From NCBI GenBank assembly GCA_041690595.1, contig JAWLHB010000030.1, positions 1-64,000 of the forward strand: 64,000 nucleotides of DNA. The letters run 5' to 3'. A program made the translations under genes and the position numbers. The DNA comes from Lentisphaeria bacterium (GTDB taxonomy: Bacteria > Verrucomicrobiota > Lentisphaeria > JABSQK01 > JAWLHB01). Shown one piece after another: positions 47,785 through 57,127 of the stretch. The notes below the pieces were generated by a model that worked only from the letters and a program-made list of their open reading frames with translations, was not told the origin of the DNA and made no database searches. How positions within the stretch are numbered: the first letter of the stretch is position 1; every line of letters begins with the position of its first letter.

Positions 47785-49205
47785 CGCTCATGGGACGCCC
47801 CGTAGCCGTAGCCAGCCTGACGCTTTTCCTGCTCTTCCGGCGCGGGTCCGCCTTCATGCTGCTGGGACTCTCCGCCCTGGTCGCCATCTTCATCTTCTGG
47901 GTGAGCCGCGCCGACGGCCAACTGTCGCACGAACTCCAGTTGCGCAGCCGGTATGCACTCCACTTTTCCACGGCCCTCTTCGGTGTGGGCCTGCTGTGGA
48001 CGGCGTGCATGTCGATGCGCGGTGACATCGAATCGAAGCGGATGCACCTGCTGACCTCCTATCCGGTGACGCGGCGGGCGATCTATCTGGGCAAGTGGCT
48101 CGGACTCGGCATCTATGGGGCAGCGGGCCTGCTCACGCTGATGGTCGTGGTGGGGCTGTGCAACCAGGTGATGATCTGGCAGTGGCCCGCCAGCGAAGAA
48201 AAGGCGGCCTTGCGAGAGAGCTCATGGCGGGCCTTCGCCCGGGTGACGCCGGAGCGGCGCGACCTGGAATCGATGATCGACGAGCGGAGCGACGAGCTGG
48301 TCAGCCAGGGACGCTTACAGGAGGAGTCCGTCGATGCGGAGGTGCGGGAGCGGCTGCGTATGCAGCTCCTGTACGATCTGCACCTGCTGAAGACGGACGG
48401 GCAGAAACGGTGGGAGTTCGAGTTTGGCCCAACGCCCCGCTACGGGGAAGGGATCACCGTGCGCTATCGGTATCTTTCCAGCACACGCCGCGAGGAGAAT
48501 CAACTGACCTGGCGCGTCATGGCGCCACGCGCGAGCCAACCCTTCGAGATGACCGGCTCAAGCTATTCCTTTGCCGACAACCAGTTCGTCATCCCATGGG
48601 AGTCTATCCCAGAGGATGGCACCTTTGCGTTGCAGGTCTCGGGTACCGGAAATCCAGAGCTTGTCTTCTACCGCACGGACGGCGTCGCCCTCTACTACGC
48701 ATCCAGCCACTTTGCGAACAACGCGTTGAAGTTCTGGCTGGTGATGAGCTGCCATTATGCCGCGATCGTGGCGGTGGGCCTGTCGATCGGGGTCGCCTTT
48801 ACGGCATCAGTCGCCTCTTTTGTGGCCGTGGTCATCTACCTCCTTTCCCTGGCCTCCGGCTTTTTCCAAGGCTTTCTGCGCGACCTGCGTGAGGATGCGC
48901 ATGCGGGCGCGCTCGAACAGCTGGGGGCGGTCTCCGTGCAGCTTGGCACCTTCTTCACCACCGGGCTCGAACCGCCTACCGCCATCTATCTCCTCACTGA
49001 ACAACTGGAGATCGGGCTCGCCAATATCGGCATGTCGATGACCGTCTGGTTCGGGGGGCTCCTCCTCGCGCCGGTAAACCTGGTGACGGGAGGCGGCGCA
49101 GCAACCGAAATCCAGTTGATCCTCGGCTTCCTCGTCTATGTTCTCATCGCCGCCGGCATCGGGATCTCGCTCGTGACCAGCAAGGAACTCGACCGGGTCC
49201 ACTGA
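47781..49205 (+). CDS. ABC-2-type transporter permease with an extracytoplasmic domain
   Basis: DIESKRMHLLTSYPVTR..IYLGKWLG and several TM helices. GTGA overlap with the ATPase. Confidence 0.8.
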   Translation: MTLMGRPVAVASLTLFLLFRRGSAFMLLGLSALVAIFIFWVSRADGQLSHELQLRSRYALHFSTALFGVGLLWTACMSMRGDIESKRMHLLTSYPVTRRAIYLGKWLGLGIYGAAGLLTLMVVVGLCNQVMIWQWPASEEKAALRESSWRAFARVTPERRDLESMIDERSDELVSQGRLQEESVDAEVRERLRMQLLYDLHLLKTDGQKRWEFEFGPTPRYGEGITVRYRYLSSTRREENQLTWRVMAPRASQPFEMTGSSYSFADNQFVIPWESIPEDGTFALQVSGTGNPELVFYRTDGVALYYASSHFANNALKFWLVMSCHYAAIVAVGLSIGVAFTASVASFVAVVIYLLSLASGFFQGFLRDLREDAHAGALEQLGAVSVQLGTFFTTGLEPPTAIYLLTEQLEIGLANIGMSMTVWFGGLLLAPVNLVTGGGAATEIQLILGFLVYVLIAAGIGISLVTSKELDRVH

Positions 49206-49226
49206 TGCCATGGCGGCGGATGATGG

Positions 49227-50684
49227 TCAGCGGCGGGCGGGCTGTTCGCGCCACGCGTTGCCGATGGCTTCCAGATCGCTGAGCGGAATCAGGCTGGTCG
49301 CCGGTTCAGCGAACCAATTAGCCATGAAGTGTTCGGCATAGAAGATGCACGGCACGCCCAGCCGACGGCTGTTTGACGTGTAGTTCAGCCACTTCGCGTA
49401 GTCGGTGTGGATCCAGTCGTCCGTATCGATCGGCTTCCCCGGGACCGCCGCAAGCGAGAGATCCGCCCGGGCCTGCATCGCGTCGAAGATGTCGGCGGCG
49501 ACGGAGCCCATGTCGTGCAGGCGCGTCATGTCGAAGGTGTCGTGGAAGTACGGATGCACCGTACTGCTGGTGATCAGACAATCCGGCTTGGCGGCCTTCG
49601 CGGCGTCATAGATGCGCTTCTGGAGCGTATGGAGCAGCTCGCAGCCCCAGCCATCGCCGTGGGGTCGCATGGGAGTGGCGGGCGCGGGATAATGGCGCGT
49701 ATCGCCGAAGCGGCTGCCGCCGCGCGGATTGCGTTCATCGGGACTGTAGGCCAGCTGATCGATCTTGAAGCCGTCCGCATCCAGCCCTTCCTCCGAGATG
49801 AGCCAGGTGATCTGCTCGTCGAGGTAGGCAAGATAGGCCGGGTTGGTGGGATCGGCGACGAGCTTGACCCCATCACAGAAGATGCACCATTCATCGGGAA
49901 GGCCATCCCACAGCCAGGTCGCGACCCAGAGCAGCACCTTGCGCCCCTTCTGATGCTCCCGGTCGATGAAACCGCGCAGATCCGGCCACCGGATGGTATC
50001 CGGCTTCATGGAGCCGGCGGGAGCCCAGCCGTGGTCGATGATCGTCGTCCCGAAGGGAACCCGGGCCTGATCCAGACGGCGAATCCAGCGCTCATAGAGC
50101 CCTTGGATGCAATAGGCCAGGGCCCGGTGTTCAGGTCCGACACCCTCCAGCCACATGGAGAGCGAGACCTGATCGCCCCAGCCACAGTAGATCGGCTCCA
50201 ACCACCAGTCAGGGATCTGGGGACTCGCGGCGGCAATCGCCGGATAACCCTCCCGCAAGGCGCGCGTCAGAAGGGCCAGCCGCGATTCCCCCGCGGAGGC
50301 CGATATCGCCTGAAGCTGAACATGCGGGGCGGCGCTGGCGGGATCCGTATGTCCCTCCAGGTCAAGAATCACCCGGACACGCTCCGCGCCAGCCTCGATG
50401 CGCAGCTCGTTCCAGCGATGCCAGCCCGCGTCCGCGACAACCGAGAGGCAGAGACGATCGTGCTCCCCTTCCACAATGGCTGCATAGGGGGGCGGCGAGA
50501 ACTTGGCGCCATTCTCTTCATTCCCCTGGATCCCCAGCACCAAGCTCTTGGGCAGCGGATAGGGACTGGTCCGGTGTTCACGTGAGGGACTCGGCGACCA
50601 GAGGTGCGTGGGCGTGAAGTGCAGCTCTGCCGGAGTGAGGTCGAGCACGAGTGCGTCATGGTCGGGCACGAAGTCGAAGGTCAT
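49227..50684 (-). CDS. Glycoside hydrolase, clan-D-like (GH31/GH36/GH27) TIM barrel
   Basis: IIDHGW, RWPDLRGFID..H..G.KVLLW, DPTNP, DGFKID (nucleophile-type motif), RLHD. Confidence 0.7.
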   Translation of the reverse strand: MTFDFVPDHDALVLDLTPAELHFTPTHLWSPSPSREHRTSPYPLPKSLVLGIQGNEENGAKFSPPPYAAIVEGEHDRLCLSVVADAGWHRWNELRIEAGAERVRVILDLEGHTDPASAAPHVQLQAISASAGESRLALLTRALREGYPAIAAASPQIPDWWLEPIYCGWGDQVSLSMWLEGVGPEHRALAYCIQGLYERWIRRLDQARVPFGTTIIDHGWAPAGSMKPDTIRWPDLRGFIDREHQKGRKVLLWVATWLWDGLPDEWCIFCDGVKLVADPTNPAYLAYLDEQITWLISEEGLDADGFKIDQLAYSPDERNPRGGSRFGDTRHYPAPATPMRPHGDGWGCELLHTLQKRIYDAAKAAKPDCLITSSTVHPYFHDTFDMTRLHDMGSVAADIFDAMQARADLSLAAVPGKPIDTDDWIHTDYAKWLNYTSNSRRLGVPCIFYAEHFMANWFAEPATSLIPLSDLEAIGNAWREQPARR

Positions 50685-50744
50685 GTTCAGTCATCTCTTT
50701 CTGGTTTGTTGTCCACATCGACGAGAGGGAGCAGGCGCGGGGAA

Positions 50745-51350
50745 TCACTCCCTGCGTTTGCCGGTCGTGCGCCACTGGAAGATGGCACCCAGACCGAAAA
50801 GAATGAGAAGCAGCCACCAGGTGCTGGTAAAGGCACGTTCATAGGCAGCCCGAAGGTGATCCGAGTCCAGGCGCACTGTCCGCGCGATCAGCATCTGCGT
50901 GCTGACGGTAGTGACCACCGCGCCCAGCGCGGCCGAGATAAGGATCATCACCTGTCGCTCCAGCAGGAGCGCAATCATGCCGACCACCAGTCCTGAAAGC
51001 GCGACAATGACCAGCGAAGGGGCGCTGCCAAGCTCCAACCGCAGGATGCTCACCAGCACCGGCGCCAGAATCGACCCCGCCGCGAAGCCCGCGCTGAAGA
51101 GGGCGAGTTTGAAAACCAGCGCAAAGAGGATTGCCCCTGCCACCGCCCCCAGCGCCCCAAGAACGAGCAACCCAAGCGGGCTCTCCGGCAGAAGCGCATA
51201 GCCGAGCTGCAACCCGATCGCCAATCCGGCAAAGCAGCCAAAAGCAATCAGCATCCCCTTGATGAAGCGATAGCCGAAAAAGCAGTAGACCAGACCGAAG
51301 GTCAGATAAAGAAGCAGTGGTGTCGCCGCAACCAGGTCGAAAGAACTCAT
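50745..51350 (-). CDS. DUF4203 / TM7S3-TM198-like membrane protein
   Basis: GLVYCFFGYRFIK and Gly-rich TM helices. Confidence 0.8.
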   Translation of the reverse strand: MSSFDLVAATPLLLYLTFGLVYCFFGYRFIKGMLIAFGCFAGLAIGLQLGYALLPESPLGLLVLGALGAVAGAILFALVFKLALFSAGFAAGSILAPVLVSILRLELGSAPSLVIVALSGLVVGMIALLLERQVMILISAALGAVVTTVSTQMLIARTVRLDSDHLRAAYERAFTSTWWLLLILFGLGAIFQWRTTGKRRE

Positions 51351-51358
51351 GTCAAACC

Positions 51359-52144
51359 TCAAGAGCCATGATCGGACTTGTACTCACCATTGAGCCGATC
51401 CAGCTCCTCCTGCATCCATTCTTCCCAGCGCTTCTGCTGCTTCTCTTCCCACGCCTGGCGATGAGCGATGGCGGGGTCCTGCGCATTGGATTCCTCATGC
51501 TCAGCGGCAGCCTGAGCCGCGCTGTTGGCGGCAACGGCAGGCGGCCTCTCTCCTTCCTTGTCGCGCTGCACTTTCCGGAAGAGGCGCCAACGCCGCCGGC
51601 CATACCCACTCTGGATGAGGTTGCCCCGTCGGCTCAGTGAATACGTGAGAATCACCTGCAGGCACAGCGCCAACTCCCACCACCTGCCAGCCGTCTCCAG
51701 ATGACGGAGCATGATCAACCCGCCCAGGCTGACCACGAGCAGCAGCTCCGTCGGATAGAACTGGAGCCGATTGCTGACCGTCTCATTCAGGCGAGCGAGC
51801 CATGGTTTGAGCTTCCACCGCCGGCGTCGCACCAGCGGAATGGAGAGCAGATAGCCCACCAGCACCAGCCAGAGCACCAGATTGACCATGACGGGAAGGA
51901 GGATGCTCGTGAAGACGAGCAAGAGGGATACGACCAGGAAGAAATCCGGCTTCTCCACCGCAATGATGCTGCTGTCGTGCGTGCTGCTGCGGCCAGAAGA
52001 CGAAGGCGTCTTCGGTGGTGAAGGCGTCTTCGGTGGTCTGGCTGGAATGTCCGATTCAGTTTGCCGCACAACGACTCCACACTGCTCCATCAGGAAGACA
52101 GTGCACCTTGGGGGGTTGCAGTTTCGCGTAATATACGGACTCAT
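51359..52144 (-). CDS. Hypothetical membrane protein
   Basis: Four TM-like segments and a charged C-terminus. Start uncertain (possibly 52090). 18-bp tandem repeat (PPKTPS x2) at 52002-52037. Confidence 0.55.
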   Translation of the reverse strand: MSPYITRNCNPPRCTVFLMEQCGVVVRQTESDIPARPPKTPSPPKTPSSSGRSSTHDSSIIAVEKPDFFLVVSLLLVFTSILLPVMVNLVLWLVLVGYLLSIPLVRRRRWKLKPWLARLNETVSNRLQFYPTELLLVVSLGGLIMLRHLETAGRWWELALCLQVILTYSLSRRGNLIQSGYGRRRWRLFRKVQRDKEGERPPAVAANSAAQAAAEHEESNAQDPAIAHRQAWEEKQQKRWEEWMQEELDRLNGEYKSDHGS

Positions 52145-52330
52145 TCCGCAAACGGCTACTCATGATCTCGGATTTGCCAATGTCCGCTCCGCTGGATCGG
52201 TCTGATCTGACTGACCGACAGCCCAGGCTGAGGGAAGGTACCTGTCCCCAACCTGAGCGCATTGTGACGTGGCGGGTCGTAATTCTCGATCGAGGTGCTA
52301 TCTCTACGAAAAAGAGGGAGGCTTGTGACG

Positions 52331-53491
52331 ATGCAGAAGAAGCTGCGCATTGCGTTTGTCGGTATGGGGAGGCGCAGCCGTGCCTTTCTCAAGCCGCTGG
52401 CGGAACGGGAGGACGTGGAGGTGGTGGCGGGTGCCGATGGCTGGGAGGCGGGCCGGCTTCAGGCCCAGGCGTTGCATCCGGGGATGACTGTTCATGAAAG
52501 CTCCACCCAGATGTGGGCGGCGCAGCCGCAAATCGACCTCTGCTTCATCTGCTCTCGGGATTACGAGCACCGGGCGCACGCGTGCGAGGCGTTGAATCAT
52601 GGGGCCCATGTCTTCACGGAGAAGCCGATGGCCACGCGGATCGCGGATTGTGAGGCCTTGCGCGAGGCTGCTGTCCAGGCGCGGCGGCGACTGCTGGTTG
52701 GCTTCAACCTGCGCTTCAACCCGGCTGTCTGCGAAGCTCTCCGCTTCATCGCCGCTGGTCGCCTGGGCCGACTGCGCTCGATCGCCGAATGGCACGATGT
52801 GGATCTGAACTACTTCCATAACTGGATGAGCCGACGGGCGGAATCCGGTGGGCTGCTCCTGCAGAAGGCCAGTCACGACTTCGATCTGTTCAACATGTTT
52901 GCGGAGGCCGAGCCCACCCATGTCTCCGCTTTCGGCGGGCGCAACTACTACGGGGGCGACCGCCCGGACGAGCTGTATTGCCCCGATTGCGAAGAGCGCG
53001 ACCGTTGCCCCGAGGCGAAGACGGCCCATCTCTTTCCCGCGGATGCCGAGCATGGGGTAGCGAACCGGGAGCAGATGCGGTGCGCCTTTCGCCGGGAGAT
53101 CGACGTCAACGATCACCATGTGGTGAACATGATGTATGCCAACGGCATCTCCGGCTCGTACGTCGAACTGCATGGCTCACCGCTGAACCACCGGCGCTTC
53201 CTGATCCTGGGAACGGAGGGACGGCTGGAATTCGAGCTGCACGAGGGAGGCTTCAGCTTCCGCCCACGGGATGCGCGACAGCCGGAGGAATCCTGGAACT
53301 CGCCGAAGCTGGAAGGCTCGCACGGCGGCGCGGACACACTGCTGGTCGACGCCGTCCTGGAGGCGATCCTGAAGGGCACCCGCTTCGTGACGGAAGCCGA
53401 AGAGGGCATCCGCGCGGTGCGGATCAGCGTGGCTGCGGAGGAGTCGATTCGCTCCATGACCACGCTCGATCTGAGCCGTTTCCGCGATTGA
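52331..53491 (+). CDS. Gfo/Idh/MocA family oxidoreductase
   Basis: LRIAFVGMG, HVFTEKPMA, VGFNLRF, SGGLLLQKASHDFD; Cys cluster C.DC...C...C; HGGAD. Confidence 0.93.
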   Translation: MQKKLRIAFVGMGRRSRAFLKPLAEREDVEVVAGADGWEAGRLQAQALHPGMTVHESSTQMWAAQPQIDLCFICSRDYEHRAHACEALNHGAHVFTEKPMATRIADCEALREAAVQARRRLLVGFNLRFNPAVCEALRFIAAGRLGRLRSIAEWHDVDLNYFHNWMSRRAESGGLLLQKASHDFDLFNMFAEAEPTHVSAFGGRNYYGGDRPDELYCPDCEERDRCPEAKTAHLFPADAEHGVANREQMRCAFRREIDVNDHHVVNMMYANGISGSYVELHGSPLNHRRFLILGTEGRLEFELHEGGFSFRPRDARQPEESWNSPKLEGSHGGADTLLVDAVLEAILKGTRFVTEAEEGIRAVRISVAAEESIRSMTTLDLSRFRD

Positions 53492-53556
53492 GCATAGGCA
53501 AAAGGCCGGAACGACGAATAAGAAACCATGTAAGCATCCACGGTCCAGAGTGATTC

Positions 53557-54681
53557 ATGAACCCAAGCATTGATGTCATCGAACACATCGTGGTTTACGA
53601 AAATCCGATCCCGAACCTGGTCAGCCGGTTCGCATCGTTTCCGGGGCTCGCGAAACTGCCATCCGGCGATCTTCTGGCTCTCTTCCCGATCGGCGAGGCA
53701 TTCGATGCCATGAACAACACCATGTTTGTTTCACGCTCGCAAGACGCCGGACGCACCTGGATTCTGCAGGGACAGATGTTCACGGATACGCGATTCAGCA
53801 ACCTCGGGCCATGTTCCCTGAAGCCGCTGCTGCTGGAGGACGGCACGCTGATCGCTACCGGCTACGGTTTCCGGCGCAGCGATCCCGAGGTATTTGCAAA
53901 TCCGGCAACAGACGGTTTGCCAAGCGGCCCGAACCTGATCTCATTTTCCACCGACGAAGGCCGTACATGGTCACCGCCGGAGCAGATCTCACTGAGTCGC
54001 CCGGAGTTACTGGAAACCTCCGGGCCATGCATCCAGTTGCGCTCGGGCGACTTGCTCATGACCGGTGCCACGATGCCGATGTGGGACGGTCGCCGTCCCT
54101 CCGGTCGTCTTGGTGTGGCTGTGCGTAGCGCTGACCGCGGCCGCAACTGGGACGATTCCGGTATTTTTTACACCTCTCCGGACGGCAGCATCAGTCCCTA
54201 CGAGACGCGTTCATGTCAGATCCCGGACGGCCGGATTATTACCCTGATCTGGATGCTTGATGAGGTGGCGGGCCGGAACCTCACGAATCATGTCGTAATC
54301 TCCGCTGATGGCGGCCGCACCTGGTCCAACCCCATAGACACGGGGGTGCCGGGGCAGGCTTCCAACTTGATCTCGCTGCGCGCCAACCTGCTGTTGGCCA
54401 TCCATTGCTATCGGGAAGGTGATATCGGGTTACATGTCAGCATCGTAGATTTCAGCGGCAGCCGCTGGCGGATTGTCGAGACGGCATGTATCTGGGGCAA
54501 CGCGCCGTCCATGCGGATCGGGAGTCTCAAGGACATGGGAACAAACCTGCGTTTCGGACAGCCGTCGCTGCTGCCTCTGGGCAACAGCGAGTACCTGGCC
54601 GCGCATTGGGCGATTGAGAACGGTCAGGGCAAGATCCTGGCCCATCGTATCCGCGTGGATACCCAAAATGGAGAAGGGTAA
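53557..54681 (+). CDS. BNR/Asp-box beta-propeller (sialidase-like) protein
   Basis: Asp boxes SQDAGRTW, STDEGRTW, SADRGRNW, SADGGRTW. Confidence 0.85.
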   Translation: MNPSIDVIEHIVVYENPIPNLVSRFASFPGLAKLPSGDLLALFPIGEAFDAMNNTMFVSRSQDAGRTWILQGQMFTDTRFSNLGPCSLKPLLLEDGTLIATGYGFRRSDPEVFANPATDGLPSGPNLISFSTDEGRTWSPPEQISLSRPELLETSGPCIQLRSGDLLMTGATMPMWDGRRPSGRLGVAVRSADRGRNWDDSGIFYTSPDGSISPYETRSCQIPDGRIITLIWMLDEVAGRNLTNHVVISADGGRTWSNPIDTGVPGQASNLISLRANLLLAIHCYREGDIGLHVSIVDFSGSRWRIVETACIWGNAPSMRIGSLKDMGTNLRFGQPSLLPLGNSEYLAAHWAIENGQGKILAHRIRVDTQNGEG

Positions 54682-54684
54682 AGC

Positions 54685-55749
54685 ATGCTCAGAAATCTTG
54701 AAATCAGTACTGCGTACGCAGCCAGTGATGAGTTTCCGCGCGCCTCGGAGGGCTCGGTTATCGAGCTGCTTAATGGCGATCTGTTCATGATCTTTCAGCG
54801 TTTCGAAAAAAGCCCGCTCGGCTCAGACGATTTTGCTCCCGACAGATTGGTCTCGATTCGTTCCAGTGATGGTGGCCGCACTTGGGACAGACCGCGGATC
54901 GAAGCTGAGCCCGACCCTGGCGATGTCAATGTCTACTCGCCCTGCCTGATACGCCTGCGGAACGGTTCGATCCTGTTTTCCTATAAACATTATGTGCAGG
55001 CAGGCCCCGGACTTCAGCCCAGATGCACGGCGGTGGCATACAGCTCGTATGATGAGGGTGAGACGTTCACGGATAAAAGGATCATCTGGCAAGAGCAGGA
55101 ATACGGATTCGCCAGTTCAACCATGAGAATGCTGAGTGGTAGCAGGCTGATCTTGCCGGTGGAAAAGATCGCCCAGGGAACGACCTTCAGCAAGGACGAA
55201 AACTGGATCTCCGGTTGCGCGGTCAGTGATGATATGGGACAGACCTGGAGTATCTGTCCGGGCTGGGTGAGGTTGCCTATGCGCGGAGTAATGGAGGGGC
55301 ATGTCGAGGAACTTAAGGACGGACGAATTCTGAAAGTGATGCGCACTCAGCTAGGTGCTGTCTTCAAGGCATACTCCGAAGATCGCGGCGAAACCTGGTC
55401 AAAACCACAGACCACCGGCATGCGCGCGCCAGAATCATGCCCGGATCTGAGCCGCACCCCTGACGGTGACAGGCTGATCCTGATCTGGAACAACAGCGAA
55501 TACGATCCCGGTTTTACCTCGCATTACGGCAAACGCACGCCGCTCTCTGTCGCGTTCTCCACCGACGAGGGTGAAACTTTCCAGTATGCGGGGGATATCG
55601 AGACTGATCCCGGCTGGGCCTATTCAAACCCGGGCACCGTTTTTCTGAGGAATGGAAAGTGCTTGGTTAACTACTGGGCCGTCAAGTACACGCCGAGCGG
55701 GTGGATGAGCGGCCTGCTTCATCTGAAGACAGCCAGTTTCGAGGTCTGA
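54685..55749 (+). CDS. BNR/Asp-box beta-propeller (sialidase-like) protein
   Basis: Asp boxes SSDGGRTW, SYDEGETF, SDDMGQTW, SEDRGETW, STDEGETF; RTPL; YSNP. Confidence 0.88.
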   Translation: MLRNLEISTAYAASDEFPRASEGSVIELLNGDLFMIFQRFEKSPLGSDDFAPDRLVSIRSSDGGRTWDRPRIEAEPDPGDVNVYSPCLIRLRNGSILFSYKHYVQAGPGLQPRCTAVAYSSYDEGETFTDKRIIWQEQEYGFASSTMRMLSGSRLILPVEKIAQGTTFSKDENWISGCAVSDDMGQTWSICPGWVRLPMRGVMEGHVEELKDGRILKVMRTQLGAVFKAYSEDRGETWSKPQTTGMRAPESCPDLSRTPDGDRLILIWNNSEYDPGFTSHYGKRTPLSVAFSTDEGETFQYAGDIETDPGWAYSNPGTVFLRNGKCLVNYWAVKYTPSGWMSGLLHLKTASFEV

Positions 55750-55783
55750 AATGAAACGACACTCTGCGATCTCCCCAAGGCGA

Positions 55784-55904
55784 GGTCGACGCCGTGTTGA
55801 AGGCGGGCGGCTTGGCACCCGCTTCGTGACGGAAGCCGAATCGGGCATCCGTGCGGAGCGCGCACCATGACCACGCTCGATCTGAGCCGTTTCCGCGATT
55901 GAGC
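55784..55904 (+). pseudogene. Decayed duplicate of the 3' end of the 52331-53491 oxidoreductase gene
   Basis: 55814-55840 equals 53375-53401 (27/27). 55865-55904 equals 53454-53493 (40/40, including the TGA). About 28 bp is deleted between these blocks, and weaker similarity extends back to 55784/53344. Confidence 0.9.
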
Positions 55905-55948
55905 GGCCTGATGCCGCCTTCGGCGTGACGAATGGCGCCCGATTCCGA

Positions 55949-56704
55949 TCAGAAGTCGAGTTCGCCCTCGCCCTTCTGCCGCGCCCCGTTTCGGAGCCAG
56001 ATATTCAGGTCCGCTTTCATGATCCCGTTGGTGGTGCTCGTCCCGAATGCGGCCATGATATCCATGGCGGGATGATTCTCGACATTGCCGGCGAGCAGCA
56101 GGACGTTCGCCCTGAGATTGTGCCGTATGCCGGCGAAACCCGCGTCATAGGTGCCGACGTTCTTAGCGGAACCATCGCCCAGCATCACTGCCTTGGTCGG
56201 ATTTCTGACGCTGTCGGCGCGCATTTGCAGCCGGTCGTTGCCGATCCCCGGATTGCCGGATTTGTTTGTGACGCCCCAATACATCACATTGTAACTTCCC
56301 CGGTCCCAACGATTGGCCCAAGTCTGGAAGTTATGGCTCGGGCAATGAGCCATACCGCCCGGCGTACGGAATTTGTATCCGCTCCAGTCCTCCAGGCATT
56401 TCATGTACGAGTTGTTGCTGACGCCGTTGGGGAATGCTTCGCCTGTATACAGGCGCCACGTGCTTTGATCCGTGGGAACGGGCATGTGCAGTCGCTTTTG
56501 GAACACCCAGCCGTCACTTTCATCAACGTAGGTCTGCGCCATGAGCCCCAACTGGCGCAGATTGTTCATGCACGCGGACTGGCGCGCCAAGCCCCTCGCC
56601 CGACTCAAGGCGGGCAGCAGCATGGAAGCCAGAACGGCTATGATGGATACGACCACCAGCAGCTCTATGAGGGTGAAGAGGCGGGGACGACGCCGAGCAT
56701 TCAT
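55949..56704 (-). CDS. Prepilin-type N-terminal cleavage/methylation protein (DUF1559-like, H-X9-DG variant)
   Basis: [65 protein letters not shown]. Confidence 0.9.
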   Translation of the reverse strand: MNARRRPRLFTLIELLVVVSIIAVLASMLLPALSRARGLARQSACMNNLRQLGLMAQTYVDESDGWVFQKRLHMPVPTDQSTWRLYTGEAFPNGVSNNSYMKCLEDWSGYKFRTPGGMAHCPSHNFQTWANRWDRGSYNVMYWGVTNKSGNPGIGNDRLQMRADSVRNPTKAVMLGDGSAKNVGTYDAGFAGIRHNLRANVLLLAGNVENHPAMDIMAAFGTSTTNGIMKADLNIWLRNGARQKGEGELDF

Positions 56705-56744
56705 GGCAGACTCCTTGCTATAACATATGACCAAGACCAGCCGG

Positions 56745-56828
56745 TTACACCAGTGTCATACCCGATTTCGATGAGCAAAGCGGCTTGCGCATCAGACATA
56801 GTGTGTCGCCAAGCGTGATGAATGTCAA
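56745..56828 (-). promoter_or_regulatory. Putative promoter plus LacI-type operator for the pilin-like gene
   Basis: Minus strand TTGACA-17-CACACT (56828-56800), followed by near-palindrome TGACAC-TG-GTGTAA (56758-56745). Confidence 0.45.
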
Positions 56829-57037
56829 GTCCAGTCGGGCGAGTCGGACCTCTCTCCGAGCGGCGGCCTCAAGAAGCGCGTCGGCAAGGGCATTGATTCG
56901 ATTGGTCGATCAAGTAGATATTCATTCGATCAAATCGAACATGCACCTCCCGTGGCTGCCGGTGCCACTCCACTTTGCATCTATCAATCTCGGCAGTATA
57001 CCCCCCAAAAATAGTTTGCAGAATCGTGCAAATCCTC

Positions 57038-57066
57038 TTGCAAGCATCTTCATGATAGTTTATGAT
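57038..57066 (+). promoter_or_regulatory. Putative sigma70 promoter
   Basis: TTGCAA-17 bp-TATGAT, about 60 bp upstream of AGGAG and ATG 57128. Confidence 0.5.
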
Positions 57067-57127
57067 AGCTTCAGGAACCATGTAATCCGTTATAACCTGA
57101 AGTGATCGAACCAGCAGGAGGAGCACC

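Noticed and set aside
55751..55870. Short ORF MKRHSAISP...GTRFVTEAESGIRAERAP
   Set aside because: It is a chance frame through the decayed duplicate; there is no evidence of a real gene.
53344..55904. Diversity-generating retroelement (VR/TR pair) reading of the duplicated gene end
   Set aside because: Differences are indels and mixed substitutions, not adenine-specific, and no reverse transcriptase is in the window.
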